A stretch of DNA of 57,107 nucleotides, counting the filler, from Sphacelaria rigidula (Eukaryota), in assembly GCA_964200075.2 (NCBI GenBank). It is 7 parts of 7 records of this genome, joined end to end, with 100 filler letters (N's around TTAATTAATTAA, not from the genome) between each part and the next. Parts side by side here need not be neighbours in the genome. Positions count along the whole stretch, not along the records: positions 8,175 to 16,247 come from CAXNAA020012402.1; positions 16,348 to 24,420 come from CAXNAA020012403.1; positions 24,521 to 32,592 come from CAXNAA020012404.1; 4 more parts are not named here. One strand, 5' to 3'. Below are positions 10,611 through 24,696 of the stretch, one piece after another. The notes beneath the pieces are model-generated. The model was not told the origin of the DNA, did not search any database, and worked only from the letters and a program-made list of their open reading frames with translations. The translations under genes and the position numbers were made by a program. How positions within the stretch are numbered: the stretch's first letter is position 1; every line of letters begins with the position of its first letter.

Positions 10611-12660
10611 GCACACCTCGTCGTTTCGGCGCCATGCCATCTCAATATCCCGATAAGTGCCCCGCAATCTCCCATCAATATCGGCGGACGAACCGAGATG
10701 TCAAACGGTCTCGCCACCACGCAACCCCTTCCCCATCATTATATTTGTAGCCCCCGACACAGCCTCCACTATGCTGCACATTTAGATGTCGGCTTCACTG
10801 ATTTTCATCAACGTCCCGAGTACAGCGTAGTAGTTGAGGACGGTGTTCCCATAGGGGACCTCAAGGCACAGGATTATAGGTATCTCCAACAAGGGGTCGA
10901 CGGGGTCATCCTTCCGCCTTCCTGAGTGTTGCCAGCATGCGACGCTGAGGATGCCATAGAGATCACATCCGGTCTCAAGTACTTCATGCGGACAGTTCAA
11001 GTTGCCTTGATGGGAAAACCGTTCTCACCGACTACACAGGCCGCTCGATCGCGGACGATAACGGATATCACTGGGGTCGACAAAATAATATACGTACGCT
11101 CCTCTTCTGCGGAGGACCGCTGGTCTGTTCATTCATTTTCTTTCGAAATATTTGCGCCAGTCGCTGGTCTTATTTTGCGAAGATTGCCGAGTTATTGAAT
11201 TCTTTTTCGATTCAGGAAGAACAAATCCGTAATCAATGTTTGGTACTCGATTTTACTAAATCTCAGAATGAAGAAAGTTCTGAGAAAATTTATGGTTTGG
11301 GGCAGGTGATGTATTCAGTCTTAGCTGTATTATTTCCTGTACCATACACATACACAGCGCACCGAGATAAACGTCGCCCTCGCCGAGTACAGGAAGCTCC
11401 ATCGCCAGGTTGTCAAAGAGGTGCGCCTGAATCTTGGCAACGAGAATTTCTAGTCCCGCGTCCGACGCTTTCGGGAAGAAATCTCGCGTCCCTTGACGCC
11501 GTCTCCCGTGGCCATCCTCACCTCCCCAGCTCCCCCTGGATTTGTCGCACGAGCGCCCACCCCATAGACGCCTTGAGGACCGAGGCCTGCTTTGTCGCTG
11601 TGGTATGCCCCACCCTTTTCCGCCGTGAGCATGCGTATACTCTTTCCTTCTACGGCGGTTCCGGTGGACGCGTCAGCGAGAGTTTTGCTCTTTGGGACCA
11701 CCAAGACGCCGAGTAGATCGACCTTCCGTCGGAGTTCGAGTCACTAGTCGGCACGGCGGTGTTACTCATTTTAAGTCATTGCCTCTTCTATTTTCATCTG
11801 TTTATACGAGTTTTACTTCCATATTTCTTTCCCTGCACTCCCTCTTCTCCTCTTCCTTCTCGGTGTCTTCCTCCCTTCAATTTCCTCCGCTCCGTCTCCC
11901 TTCCCCCATACCCTCTACCATATCCGTCTGCTACCCTGGACTTATTTTCCTATCCGCTCCCCCATTCGCCTTTACCGGCGACTCTTTTCCTTCCAAGGGT
12001 CGGACGAATTAATGATTCGTCTGAAATTACTTGATTTTAGTGTAATCGATTCGTACCGTACGAATCAATCCTCAGACTTTGTTGTCAGCGTTGAAACCCA
12101 GGTACGCGCAGCCCGGGAACGTGCAATGGCGCAAAAACTGCGTGGAGACCTCTTCGACCAGCGGACATTTTTTTTCTCTTTGTTGAGCAACCAGGCCTGA
12201 AAAATCGTGGATTTGGTGATCCGAACCGGCGATGATTATTGCGAACCGTACTTCCTTCCATTCTCCCTTCCTCTCGTCTTTTGCATACCTTCAAAGTTCT
12301 CCTTTCACATTCCTTCTCTGCTCATTTCACCCCACGCACTACTGGCTACCCCCGCTTCAGCCTCTTCTCTTCCAACCTCTTCCTTTGCTTTGGCCATCCT
12401 TCACCCGCCTTCGCTTACCTCTTCCATGCCTGTATATTTTCTCGTTATTCCTCATGTTGTGTAAGGAGGCTTTTTGTACCCTTCTTCTCATGTTAACCGC
12501 TATTATTGTAATTATTTTTGCCGTTTGCCTTTTCTACACTCCTTATTCTTTCTGGCACTTTCCCTCCGAGCAATGCTACGGTAGGGTTGCACTTTTTGTT
12601 TCTGGGCCTCTTTTTTGTAGGAGCTCAAATATGTGGGGCTTACTATGCAGCCAAAATCTC

Positions 12661-12772
12661 CGGGGACCGGACTCCCAGAAACATGGTGTTTGCACGCAGG
12701 AGCCTTTTCGTGAATCGGCATCATTTTCAATTTTTTCGAGTAAAAATGCTGCCGATTCTCAAAATGATCCGT
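12661..12772. mobile_element. Truncated third copy of the hairpin MITE
   Basis: GGGGACCGGACTCCCAGAAACATGGTGTTTGCACGCAGGAGCCTTTTCGTGAATCGGCATCATTTT matches copies at 226 and 6937. Confidence 0.7.
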
Positions 12773-13256
12773 CCAACACCCCGAGCAGCCCCGACAAACG
12801 TTTTCGCTGAAAAAGTGCAACCCCTACTGTAGCATTGCTCCTCCATTTTTTTTTTCCCTCACACCGACTTAGTGCTTGATGTTTGACCTCATGTCGCCTA
12901 TACCTCACAACCTACTACTACTTCCGTACTACTTTTTTTTTTTTTTCTTTCCGTTTTTCATTTCCCTCTCACGGATATATATACCGCATCCGTGTCTCGT
13001 ACCGGTATCTCGCGTCTTCCTCATTACGTACGACTCCCTTCGCACTTCGGTTTCATCGTTTTCGTCCCCCATACGAGCTGGGCCGGCCTAGATGCGGATT
13101 TAAGCTCTCAAAGCAATACCTCATCGACACAGACGAGTTGGGCCGTGATGTGCATATCGAATTCATCGTCTGAGCATGGGAAAGGTGCCCATGTGCTCAA
13201 GAGTCTGGGCCAATTTCTTCTCGTTGATTGAAATCCCATGTCTAGTACGAGGCACA

Positions 13257-15400
13257 GCTAAGCCTTTTCGATCGAAAACATGCGATCGACATACAGGAAG
13301 CGGCACTTGGCTCCTATCTTACAGACCACCACGCCAGATACCATCAGTTCACAGAACCGTGCAAACTTCATCCACCTACTTTCTCAGCTACCACCGCAAC
13401 CCTGCAACATATAGCACGAGTGAGCACAGGTATAGGTATACCGCTGTCGTGGGGTATGATCTATGCTTTGTTTATTTTTGGTGGGCGGAAACTTGAGCAT
13501 CTTCTTTCATGGTGGGTATCGGCGACGGAACTGCGTTGCAGGGTGGGCAACCGGCTTGCATACACGCTCATGGACAGTCGGTGCAGGCAGTACAAAGCTG
13601 CACGTTATCCAAGTCGTTTTCACGTCGCATTGTAAGCAGAGAGAGCAGATATTCCTGCGCTGTCTGTACTGCACGTCGCACGCTTCTCTTTCACATCCTA
13701 CTGTACGAAACTCGACATAAATCAGAGAATTGCGCTCAAATCAATTCCACCGCCCTTTTTTGTCGATCGAAAAAAATGTGCGAAGACCGACTCTAATGGG
13801 AGCCGTACAGATTTGACTTTTCAACAATTTTTGAACGGGTGGTCACGAAAAACAACTATCATGGAACAAAATCATCAAGATTTAGACCCCCAACATTCTG
13901 AACGGAACCCAAAAAATTGCTACTTTCCGGCCAAGCGCTCAGCATTGGGGGACGATTCTAAACACTCGAGGGCCTGTTTAGAACTTGTCACAAGAAGTAA
14001 AATGGGATATCTACTGTACTGCTATTTTGTGTTATCAAGAACTGCTGTCGGAAGGCAAGTGCTGTCCTATCGAAGTTGAAAATGCTCTGCAGTATTTGTT
14101 TGTTGGATGCTGTGTCTTCCGTAACGAACAAGATCCTTGGTGCGCAGAGCCAGCATCCCCGTCCTGTAGCTGACAGGTAGTGTGGTGCCCTGCAAAGACG
14201 GTTTGATCCGCGCTGAGGGTTGCCTGACCTGCAGTGCTGTTTTGGTGTCCCGGTCAGTACACAAGTCTAGACACTGCCGAAAGCGCCACCATCGTGGTGT
14301 GTCGGATGCGTTCTGTCGTTTGTAAAACCAACAATGCGATTTGTGCCCACGTATTTCATCTCCATACTACAGTAGTTGTCATTGTACTCACTGTCTGTAG
14401 TGCGTTTGAGTCCTACGGTTTGATCTTCAGCTGGAGGTTGCCTGAGTTGCTGAGCCGCCGTTGGTCTGGTCTGTACAGATGGGTGGGAACAAGATGATGT
14501 TGATACAATTTGGAAAAGTCACGCGATGCCTGTGCAGCCGTCATGTCTTCCTCGGGTGCTGTTGTACAGGTGCAAAACCTCTAGGTCACGCCAGCTTCAA
14601 AATGTATCATGTGCAGCTCCAACTCTATGCCATAATAATAGTGTGTGTTTTGGTCCCCGTTCAGAATCGTAGCAGAAAAAAAAGGCGTTTGAATTTTTTG
14701 AAAAAAAAAATCGAACGGCTCCCATTAGAGTTGGCCTAATAAGAGCGTGTCTTCGCACATTGTTTTTCGATCGACAAAAAAGGGCGGTGGAATGAATCTG
14801 AGCGAAATTTGCTCATTTTTGTCGAGTTGGGTCTGGGCGAATTTTCAAGCTTTCGATCGAAAAAAGACAGTGAAATTCGTGAACCGGTACATGGTCGCTT
14901 ATGTACTGTATAGTCTGTACTGTCTGCGCTGTTGCATGCGGTGTGTCTGTGTGTGCGCGTGTTTTGTACTGCAAGATGTAAAAGAGAACGGGCAATGTGC
15001 AGTACAGACAGCGCAGGGCTATCTAGTCTTTCTGCTTACAATGCGACGTGAAAACGACTTGAGCAATTTGCAGCTTTGTGCTGCTTGCACTGTCCATGAG
15101 CGTGTACGCAAGTCGGTTGCCCACCCTGCCAAGCAGTTCCGTTGCTGATCCCTACCATGAGAGAAGATGCTCGAGTTTTCGCCCACAAAAATTAAACAAA
15201 GCATACCCAACTACAGCAGTATATTTATCCCATTGCTCACTCGTACCCTTTGCGGCAGGGTTGCGGTGGTCACTGAGAATGAGTCGCGTGGGATTCTCAT
15301 GCTTCTGTGAACTGGTGGTATCTGACGGATCGTCTGTAAGGTAGGAGTCAAGCGCCGCTCCGTGCCTTTCGATTGAATGTTTTCTATTAAAAAAATTAGC
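13257..15400. repeat. Long degenerate inverted repeat (arms ~13257-13808 and ~14713-15400); foldback-like element
   Basis: For example 13541 AGGGTGGGCAACCGGCTTGCATACACGCTCATGGACAGT pairs with 15090 ACTGTCCATGAGCGTGTACGCAAGTCGGTTGCCCACCCT, and ACTCTAATGGGAGCCGT pairs with ACGGCTCCCATTAGAGT. A further partial copy lies at ~15990-16060. Confidence 0.8.
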
Positions 15401-15660
15401 TTCATTGTTTTGTAGTTATACTCCGCGTGCCTCTTCTTATGGTTATTATCATTTCCGTACATTAGTCCGATCTCTCGAACCCGTGGTCACTACTAACTAT
15501 AAATATGAGCTGAAGGCCATCCAGGGACAGAAATGCGGTGGAAGTATCAGATCGACGAAAAAAAATCGACCGCACTTTTTCGATCGAAAAAATATATCCT
15601 GAGACGCACGCCCTAAGACATGCCCTGATAATCTGGCATCAACTCACGACCAATCGGAAT

Positions 15661-15731
15661 CACCCCACCCCCCCCCCCCCCCCCCCCCCACCCCCCCCCC
15701 ACCAACCCACCACCCCCCCCCCCCCCCCCCC
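15661..15731. repeat. Poly-C/CCA low-complexity tract (G-quadruplex potential on minus strand)
   Basis: About 70 nt almost entirely C. Confidence 0.9.
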
Positions 15732-17545
15732 GAAAAAAAATCCCCAACCACCACTATCACGATCACTATCACGCCGCGTTCCCACATTTTTGGACTCGAT
15801 AATACGGGCCCTTGGGAGAAACTCGAATTTAACGAATTCGTGCGGCAGAATTGATTTAGTTCGTTTCGCTGTGTTTGGGTCCGAGCGAATTTGCACGATT
15901 TCCATCGAACAAGCTAAGCGAAGTTCGTGAAGAAGTACTTGTTCACTTGTAATCAATGCAGACCGTACAGTGCTGTCCGAACTGTCTGCAGGGTGTGTGT
16001 TTTGCACAGTAGGATGTGAAGAAAAAGGGGGCAACGTGCAGTACAGACAGCACAGCACTGCACTGTCAACACTCCTTATACAGAAGCATGTAAAAAAGGT
16101 TTGAATAACGTGCAGTTTTCAACTGCCTGTATGACCGGTCACCCCGGTGGCTCAGTCGAGAATCTTGTAACAACACTTTCTACGATAGCCCCCCCCCCCA
16201 AAAGTGCATGGTTTTGGGAGACAAAATCTTCACGTAAATCGAAATGGNNNNNNNNNNNNNNNNNNNNNNNNNNNNNNNNNNNNNNNNNNNNTTAATTAAT
16301 TAANNNNNNNNNNNNNNNNNNNNNNNNNNNNNNNNNNNNNNNNNNNNTGCCATATTCCGTATGCGGCAGTACAGACTTGAGTACTGTACTGTCTAGTGCA
16401 CTCCTCCACATCAATTTTCGTGCAGCCGTTGTATATTACCGTCTTCAACCTGACATGTGCGCATGTATACTGCCGTATGCGGCAGGCAGAGCAGGCAGTA
16501 TTGTACTGCTTAGTTGTGTCTGCACTGCACGCTGCCCACATCACATTTAGTGCAGCCGTTGTACTACTCTGTACTGTACTGGCAAACCAACATTTCCATC
16601 CTGCTGTACTGCACGTCGTCCAAATCATTTTCGACAGTCGTTGGGTGCAGCATGGCATGAAGATCCTACTGTTGAATGCGGCAGTGCAGACAGTACAGTA
16701 CTGCCTGGTGTTGTCTGTATTGCACGTTGTCCACATATCTCGCATTGTACGCATCATGTTTACTACAGCCGTGCATACTACTGCTGTGTGCAAACTGACA
16801 CCTACAACTTACTGCATGAGACAGCACAGAGTAGTACCCTGTGATCTCTGCGCTGGGTACTGTCTGTGCTGCAGGTTTTCGAGAGCATGATTGATGCCAA
16901 TAAATCATCAGCCCCTGACGATATCTCGCGTGCGCCGGGATGGCGAAGCAAAGTTTGGTCTAGTGTATAAACGGCGCTGTGGATGTTCGACATTGCTGTC
17001 AGGAGAGCCCCGTAGATGTCGAAGGGCACAAATATATTCAGGGCAGGCGTTGCTAGTCTCGCCGCGTCTCGAACGAAAAATACAAGACGAGAATACAAGT
17101 CGATCTCGTCTCGTATTTTCTCACAAAATACGAGCTAGGATGGCCCATCTCGTAAAATGTCCTCCGTCTCGTATTTTCCCCCCGAGAATCTTGTGAAATA
17201 ACCAACCGTAAGTAGTCATCTTGTTATTTTCCCTCGTTATTTGCAAATAACAAGGCGAAATAACCAACCGGAAGAAACGGCCTTATACTCGTGTAACTAC
17301 CAAAATTCCAGCCATTATATCCCACAGAACACAAGCTTGGGGAAACAAATAATGGAACAACGTTTTCCTCCCCAGTTCAAGATGCTGCTGTGAGCAGTAC
17401 GAGTGGCGAAGTGGATCTGGGTTCAACAAGCTTCCTGCGGGGAAAGCACAAAGGCTTTCCGTTGAGCAAAATGACTCCAGATATGCGAGTCTTGAATGAA
17501 GAATGAACCAGACCTTCTCACTCCTTCCCCGCGTGCACTTGCCAG

Positions 17546-17688
17546 CATCGTTCACGTCGGGCACGACGGGACCGAGGAGCGCCACTGTTAGGGTCAAAAG
17601 GGGGACGGCGTCGGAGGTGAACGCCATCTCGTGGACGGCGTCAACGCTACGAGCCTTTTTGGCGCAAGAGGAAAACGCCAACATTGCG
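17546..17688 (+). CDS. Internal exon of an unidentified host gene
   Basis: Pyrimidine tract + CCAG acceptor, open frame SFTSGTTGPRSATVRVKRGTASEVNAISWTASTLRAFLAQEENANIA, donor GCG|GTACGT (phase 0). Confidence 0.5.
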
Positions 17689-19299
17689 GTACGTACCTCT
17701 TCAGAGCTATTTGTTATGTCATTATACACCCCCCTGTGTTATGTTGATTGATTTATGATTCATTACCACACACGAGGTCTTCCGCTGCGAAGCCAGCCGT
17801 CACCTCAAGCTAGACGTGGTCAAGGTATATGGTCAAGTGCACACCTTCGAGAGCAACTCAAAAAATGAGGGAACTGAAAAGGAGGGATGGAAGAATGTAG
17901 TGGATTCAACCAATGGGAACACTTCAGCAACTCACCAGATTAAGTCTAGTGATGATCCCGGGAAATACCCAAGAGGCCCGTGCCAGCCCTTCAGGTTAGG
18001 AGGCCATACAAGAAGCAAGACCGTGGAAGCCAGTTGGCGCTCAAGACCAGTAGGGATCGCACTATTCGGCAAGGAATTGTCACGCGCTAGCTCTGGAAAA
18101 GCAACATTTCAACACCAAAGCGGCTCAGCGAGGAAAAATCCAAGAATGGAAAGAAAGAGGACTGGAGAAAAAGGAGACGGCATTAGACGGAAAGGCGAAG
18201 AGAGCAGAACAAACGGGAAGGGAGGAAGTGAAGGAACCAAGGCACAGAGCACAACATGGACGGATTTGATCACCTGCGAAAGGCGCTGGGATCAGAAGCG
18301 AATGAAATGGCCGTTCACCTGCTTATCTCGAGAATAGTCAGGCATTGAACGTGTTGGGGTACCATTTGGCGGATAGAAGAAGCAGGTTTGAAATTAGTGT
18401 CAACTACTACCGATCGGAGCTTGAACCACCCACAGACCTGCTGCATGCGTAATCGAGGTGCAGTGCTCTCCCACAAGCAGGCTAGTGTACCCCCGGTAGA
18501 TCGTTCGCTAGAAACACATCTTTTGTATGTAGCAGTACAGCAGCAGCATACGGGGCAACATAAATTGAGCGCTGAGATCACTCGGAGGATTTGGGGTTCT
18601 CGCTCCTTGACGAGTCACGATATTATTCGGTACTGTCCAGGTCGTCGGCTTTCCTTAAACAGCGACGCACGCTGAGTCGGCTGGTTGTCACACCCCTGCG
18701 CAACTACAGCCAGCCCTCCCCTAGTCAGCACATGGTGTTGGCGGTTGCTGTACGGTTAGATGTTGTCATCCTCTGGTGTACGCATCGTACCTGTGACCAT
18801 TATCCACGGTCTGACGGAGTGGGTGTTTTCAATACAATTGGACGGTTCGTATTCCATTGAGCCATGCAACAGGTATTTATTCTCTTCACACGAGAGAGTC
18901 CCCGGTAGTCTCATATTTCAAGTACAGGTGTGAACGAAGACAGCGAATGTAGCGACCGAAAACGGTGAACTACACAGTCGTCTATCGCCATTTTCAATAC
19001 TGCTGTAGTCGACTCGTGAAATGTATTTGCAATCGTCATTTCCAGTGAAATAGTAAACAGCGGAGTGGAGCTAGCGGCCGAGGCGGGCTGAGATGACTGC
19101 ACTCTCTCCGTGAGACCCGAAAGCAAGGCGTGTATCGAGATAGGTAGTCCAAAGAGATAGTGGGGATCATAACACGAGCACTCGCAACGAATGGTGGAGA
19201 CTGGAAAGACCAGGGAAGAGGGAAGAAATAGTGATGAACATGTAACCGTAGATGGAGCCAGCGCTAGGTCCCGTATGAGGGAGCTTAATCTTGTGAACA

Positions 19300-22200
19300 A
19301 TAGCGTTCAAACACTGTTCCTTACGGGAGAGAACGGCACTGACCGTACTGAGTCGGTGTTGCAAGGTTGCAGCTGTAGGTGTTGGCGTTATCGGGTTAAG
19401 TAGATGCGGAGACAGGGCAAAGCTGAGCTTATGGCGGAAGGGCGCAAAGGAAGGACTGGACATTATGGGTTTTGGTCGAAGGTCAAAGGTCAAAGAGGCG
19501 ACTGTCCGTGAGGCCGCGTGGACACGGGCGTTCACCGGTTCATCAACGAGTGTTTCATGTCGATGACTACCGAAGTAGGAGACGGATTAATCGCTGTCAC
19601 GTGTGCAGTTGTCTCTACCCTTATATATAAGCACCATCAAATAGAAGGGGCATTCGAGAGAGACCCCCCGGGCCAGCAACAACAACGGAACCGCATTGCT
19701 GCGGCGTGCAGGTGATAGCGGGCTTGTCCTCGTTGATATTGTTTTCTACGCCCCAAAAGAGGCATCGCGCACGTTTAACGTCATTGCGGGCCGTCCCGCG
19801 GACAAGGCACCAATTGACTACATCGTCACACGGCAAGCCCACCGCGGATTGTTTGACATACCAATCCACCTACAACCGCCGAACTCGCAGCACTGGACAA
19901 CCAACATATACGCGTGCGCCACAGTGCGATTACTCTGCCGACTCCCATGCCACAGACAGCGGCGAACCCCCACCAGGCGTCAGCCCAAAGGTGGGCAAGC
20001 GACGTCTGGCATCGAGAGACGTGAGCAACTTGTACAGCTTATCGTCTGCAAGCTCACGCAGGAGATACCGTCGGTGATTTGGTCGCCACCTTTGCCGACA
20101 TACTTCTGAGATGCACCGCGGAGATGGTGGCATGCCGGACCCACCCGCCCCGTTCACGAGAATGCTTCGAGGATGATGCGATCCAAGTGGAGTCTAGAGA
20201 GACCTGGAATGAGCGAGGAAGGTCGAGGTCGGCGATACGTGTAGGCTGGCGAGGTAGCTCCGCTTGGTGCACCTTTCGAAAAGCATGTTGGAGGCTCGAG
20301 GTAGTGATCATAACTCGTTTGGACGATTACTTGGACGTATCCGAGGGAACTCGACGAGTGTATTCGAATTGGGGACATGAGAGGCTGTGACAGGCGTATA
20401 ACAGAAGGAGGATGGAAGAAAATATATCCGAAATCCAGCAGTACACCAAGGACAAGAGCGAGAAACTGCTACGGTACGTGGATCAGACCCATGAGAGGCG
20501 CAAATGTCAAGCCTTGGTTATTCGGTAAATACCGCATCGGCAAGTCTTGATCCAACCGTCAGCGAGAGCATCATACTTTTATATAATATCACCGAAATCA
20601 ATGTCGCTTCGGGGACTCACCAATCTAGGATGGAATAAAAACGGCGCCGAGAGCTATATGGCAAACGGAGAAGCGGTGGGACCGAGTGGGCTACGTGCTG
20701 AGCTACTTGAGCTTGGATTTGTCGGAGAGCCTCGGGAGATCCTTTGCACCTTCCACGGCATCGTCGTTATTGTTCGGACGTCTGACGAGGTACCGCAGTG
20801 CCGCAGGAGTGGAGCACCACAATCGAAGTTCTACGAGCGGGCTGGGTGTGCGGACTACAGAGGCGTCCCCCTCAACTGCTAATGTGCTCCTCGAAATCGT
20901 AGCAAGCACGCGCGGAAGATTCTGCGAGGAGGGATTTTCGCGGGAAAACAGTACGGATTCTGGCGCCGATGGTTCGCCATCGACATGATGTTCGTATTAC
21001 GGCGACTGCAGGGATTGAAACGGGCCAGCTGTAACCCATGGGACGTGTGCTTGATCAACCTCGATAAGTTGCACCACTCCGTCAACCGCACGCTCCGGTC
21101 GGCAGTACGTGTCCGTTTCAGAGTCCCGCCGTAAACGATTAAAATCTTCTGCATGCTTCACGGTGACGTGTGAGCTCAAGTACAGTTGGATAGTGGTGAG
21201 CTATTGGAGTGGTTCCACGTACACCAGGGGCTTAGGCAGGAATGCGCTCCGTTCCTCCCAACTTCACAATTGTGTTTGACCTGGTTTTGCAGCATTTCGC
21301 CGCAGACCCAACCATTGTTTCGGCTTCTGTATATGTAGAAGATGTGAGTCATGAAGATGGTAGCAGAGACGCCGCGAGAGAGGGTGCGATGCGCGGCGAA
21401 TAATGTACGTGTATGACAGGCGGGGTCACTCAGTAGGATAATGGCTACGATAGCGGTGGACTGCCAGTGGCTCGGACTGATGGTACCAGAGAACAAGATG
21501 GAGGCCATGCGTCTGTGACCAGTATCCAACTCCCCAGGGACCGCACTGGACATCGAGGCGGTACGCCATCCGTACACACAGGCGGCCGAGTTTGTTCAAC
21601 TTGGTGGCGCTGTCACAGAAGACGCGAACATTTTCCTCGAAGCCACGAGCCTAATCAGCGCTGCGTGTCCACCTATCCGAATCCGAAGGCACAGCTTCCT
21701 ACTCTTCGGCCGACCTGTTCCTCGGCTTTCGCTCAACATCTGGTTGCACGGAGGTGGTAAAAGCTCATTGGTACGGGTGCACGATGTGGATATTGCACCC
21801 GCACGACTTTGAGAGCTTGTGCACTGCTCATCACAAGCTTCACTGTGAGCAGTTGGCTTTGGCAGGAAGTGCAGCATAGAACACAAAACTATTTCGTACA
21901 GAGCTGTGATCGAGGTGGCCAAACACGAAACGCGTGATGATGGCCATCCGGAAGCGTCGGCTGCATTTCACGAGGGCTCTTGTCCGGTGACGAAGCCGGT
22001 CTTCCGAAACCCATAACGTGGGGAAAGTTGACCCCGCAAGGGCCTTGTGAGGCTGATCCGCTCTCGAAGCACTGACAAGACCGCGTGTAGGAGAAGCTGC
22101 ATGCCTTGAGGACTATATACCACACACGGAGAACGAATGAAGCGTTGCGCGTATAATGTTGACTTTGAAGACTCGCGACATTGGATCACTGCCACTGACA

Positions 22201-22400
22201 ACGTCGGCAAACGATACCTGAGGGTCGACAAGGGAGCAGCGAAATTCGGAGAGGCTTGACGACGCGAAGACCTCGGCCGAACCCACCCTAGGTTACAAAC
22301 CAGAGGCTGTTGCGTTGAGTTGCTAATAGAAGGACGGCCACCGGCGGCACAACGGCGGCAACAGCAGCCCGCCTGGAACCCAAGTTTGTGGGATGGTGGG
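19300..22400 (+). mobile_element. Decayed RTE-clade non-LTR retrotransposon (AP endonuclease + RT)
   Basis: Endonuclease remnant ..FYAPK..TF...IDYIVTRQ; MANGEAVGPSGLRAELLELG; DYRGVPL; IDMMFVLRRLQ; EWFHVHQGLRQEC. Many stops and frameshifts. Confidence 0.85.
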
Positions 22401-22404
22401 GATG

Positions 22405-22460
22405 GGGGGGCGTACTCACTTGTTGCTTTGTTGCTTGCCTTGGTCATTTGATCATTAACG
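22405..22460 (-). mobile_element. Short 3' remnant of the C-tailed LINE family
   Basis: GGGGGGCGTACTCACTTGTTGCT...TGCCTTGGTCATTTGATCATT. Confidence 0.8.
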
Positions 22461-23604
22461 GGAGGGTGGGGGGGTGGCAACACGGAAAGTGATGGCTCTC
22501 TTGGGGTATGTGTTGTTACCTCCTCCTCTTGCCGTATAATTGTAGAGCTAATTCCCACTTCCCTTTCCTGTTCCTGTTCGCGTTCTGCTTCTTGTCTGGG
22601 TTCCTTCTTTTGCCTCCCTCACATTCTTCTGGGTTTGTTCCACCCTATTTATTTATTTCTCAATGTCTTCTGCCCCAGACGTATCCGTGTTTTTTGTGCC
22701 CTACAAAGTTAGTGGTTCTGAGTTCATTCCTTTTAGTGCGGTCCCCATAAAGCTTGAGTCCCAACCGGCTCACACGATCTCGTGTTTTGCCCGGCCTGGT
22801 TACCTGAAGCTACGGCGCGGGCTTGTTGAGTATTTCTCGGGACCGGTGCTCGAGCTTAGCCTGACCTCCATGCCGCTGTTCTCTGCGTACTCCCTCGCTT
22901 TTTTTTTCCTTCATTTTCTGCCTTTTTCGAGTTTACTCCAGTGAGTATGTTTGTTTGCGACCACAATAGCTCAATTCTCTGTAGCTGAATGTGGTTTACT
23001 CTGGTGGTGAAAGACGTAACGTTCCCCCTCCTCAACCATGCAATGACTCCATCGTCAAAATGAGTCTCGAATGCGTCCTCTCCTTTCTACAAGAGGTAAA
23101 TACGCTTTCGAAATACAGTGGCATGATGTTTGTCGGTGTCCTGATGCCTCAACACACCCGTATTCGGATCGAATGCATTGATGCTAATTTTAGAACTCGG
23201 GCACATATTTCTTCGCAAAGCATTATTTACTGCGCTGCAAACTCCGTCGAGCGCAGCCCCCAATTCCTGTTGGAGGGTAATATCGTCCGGCTCGGACTTG
23301 TATTTTCAACCCTTTGATCGCAAAGATGTCACTTGCCGTCGAATATAAATATATATATAAATTAATATAAATTAATATAAATTCAAACATGTTTTGTTGT
23401 ATCAGTATTAATGTTTGTGTGTTTTGCTGGAAAGTATTCTGTGTTTTTCGACAGCTCTGGATTCAGGTGCTATGGTAGAAAAAAACATCCATTTGTTTCG
23501 CGGTATCATGCCCATCTTTGGTCATCTTGTCGGTGCATTCATGTGCTGACCGTACTCGACGATACCCCCCCCCCCCCTCTCACTTTTTTCCTGGGCTTTC
23601 ACAG

Positions 23605-23742
23605 ACGATATTGGAGGGGTATTGGATGGCCGGGCTAGGCAAGAAATTGACTGAGCTTATGGCAGCGCTCGCAGGAAAATCTTCGGTGAGATCAGCGGAT
23701 GAAGAGCTAAGCGTGGCAGGAGACTACGGCTACCGGTATGAG
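23605..23742 (+). CDS. Internal exon of an unidentified host gene (phase-compatible with 17546-17688)
   Basis: Poly-C/T tract + TTTCACAG acceptor, frame TILEGYWMAGLGKKLTELMAALAGKSSVRSADEELSVAGDYGYRYE, donor GAG|GTATGC (alternative donor at 23736). Confidence 0.55.
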
Positions 23743-24696
23743 GTATGCCATTTCCGCGAACAGTTTTTTTTTTTTCCACGACACTTTTTTTCATCAACCC
23801 TCTCCCCACTCGATGTACTGAGAATGTTACCGACGTTGCTCAACTTCTTGGGTTTCGGAACGTCACATTCCGTAGACAGTATCCGCACCAAGCCGCTCCT
23901 CATGGTGGTGAACAGCTCGCTACGTGTTGGGTCACCGCTACGATAGACGCACAGTCTCTCGAGACCAAAAACCTTGGTGTGGTCCACGCCACATTTATAA
24001 ACCTAGGCTCTACAACCAGAGCGCAGCCACGCAGCCACAGCGCCTGCGGTAGCTAGTTTTACGTAGGAGCAGTAACGGCTGTGCCCCATGACCATTCAGT
24101 TGGCGAGTGATGCTACGACAGGGGGGGGGGGAGTTGATTCCACGAAAAACAGGGTTTCACAGATGAGTCAGACGATCTAACTACTTGCGATGCATTTGTA
24201 ATGGGGTGACAATGGGGTCACGGGGTATAAATAACTTTGTCTCATTGGTGATGGGCGCGCTCGAACGACCTTCGCTGTTTTCAGCGACGATTTGAGGTGG
24301 AGTTTTGTGGAGGGAATGAGCCAAAATACCCCCTACTCCCCACCCCCCTCCTTACACGCCTGGTCCGGCGAGAACCCGGCGTGCTCCGTCCCGGCTTTGT
24401 AGGGGCGGGCCCCCGATGGGNNNNNNNNNNNNNNNNNNNNNNNNNNNNNNNNNNNNNNNNNNNNTTAATTAATTAANNNNNNNNNNNNNNNNNNNNNNNN
24501 NNNNNNNNNNNNNNNNNNNNCGCGAAACGCCGTGATGTGTTCGGCGAGTCGCATGAAGGGTGAGCTGCATCCTAAGATTGTTCGGCCCGAAGCCTACTAA
24601 TAATCTTGCATTTGGATGACAGCGAACAATGAGTTGCTTTATTTTATGGTATCACCACTTCCAGAGACAGCCACGGCTTATATACACTGCCTCATT

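Noticed and set aside
11760..12620. Hydrophobic Leu/Phe/Ser/Pro ORFs (possible membrane proteins)
   Set aside because: Translation of CT-rich low-complexity sequence, open in several frames.
16348..16890. Cys/Thr/Val-rich 164-165-aa ORFs
   Set aside because: These are products of low-complexity ACTGT/GCAGT-rich repeat DNA next to a gap.
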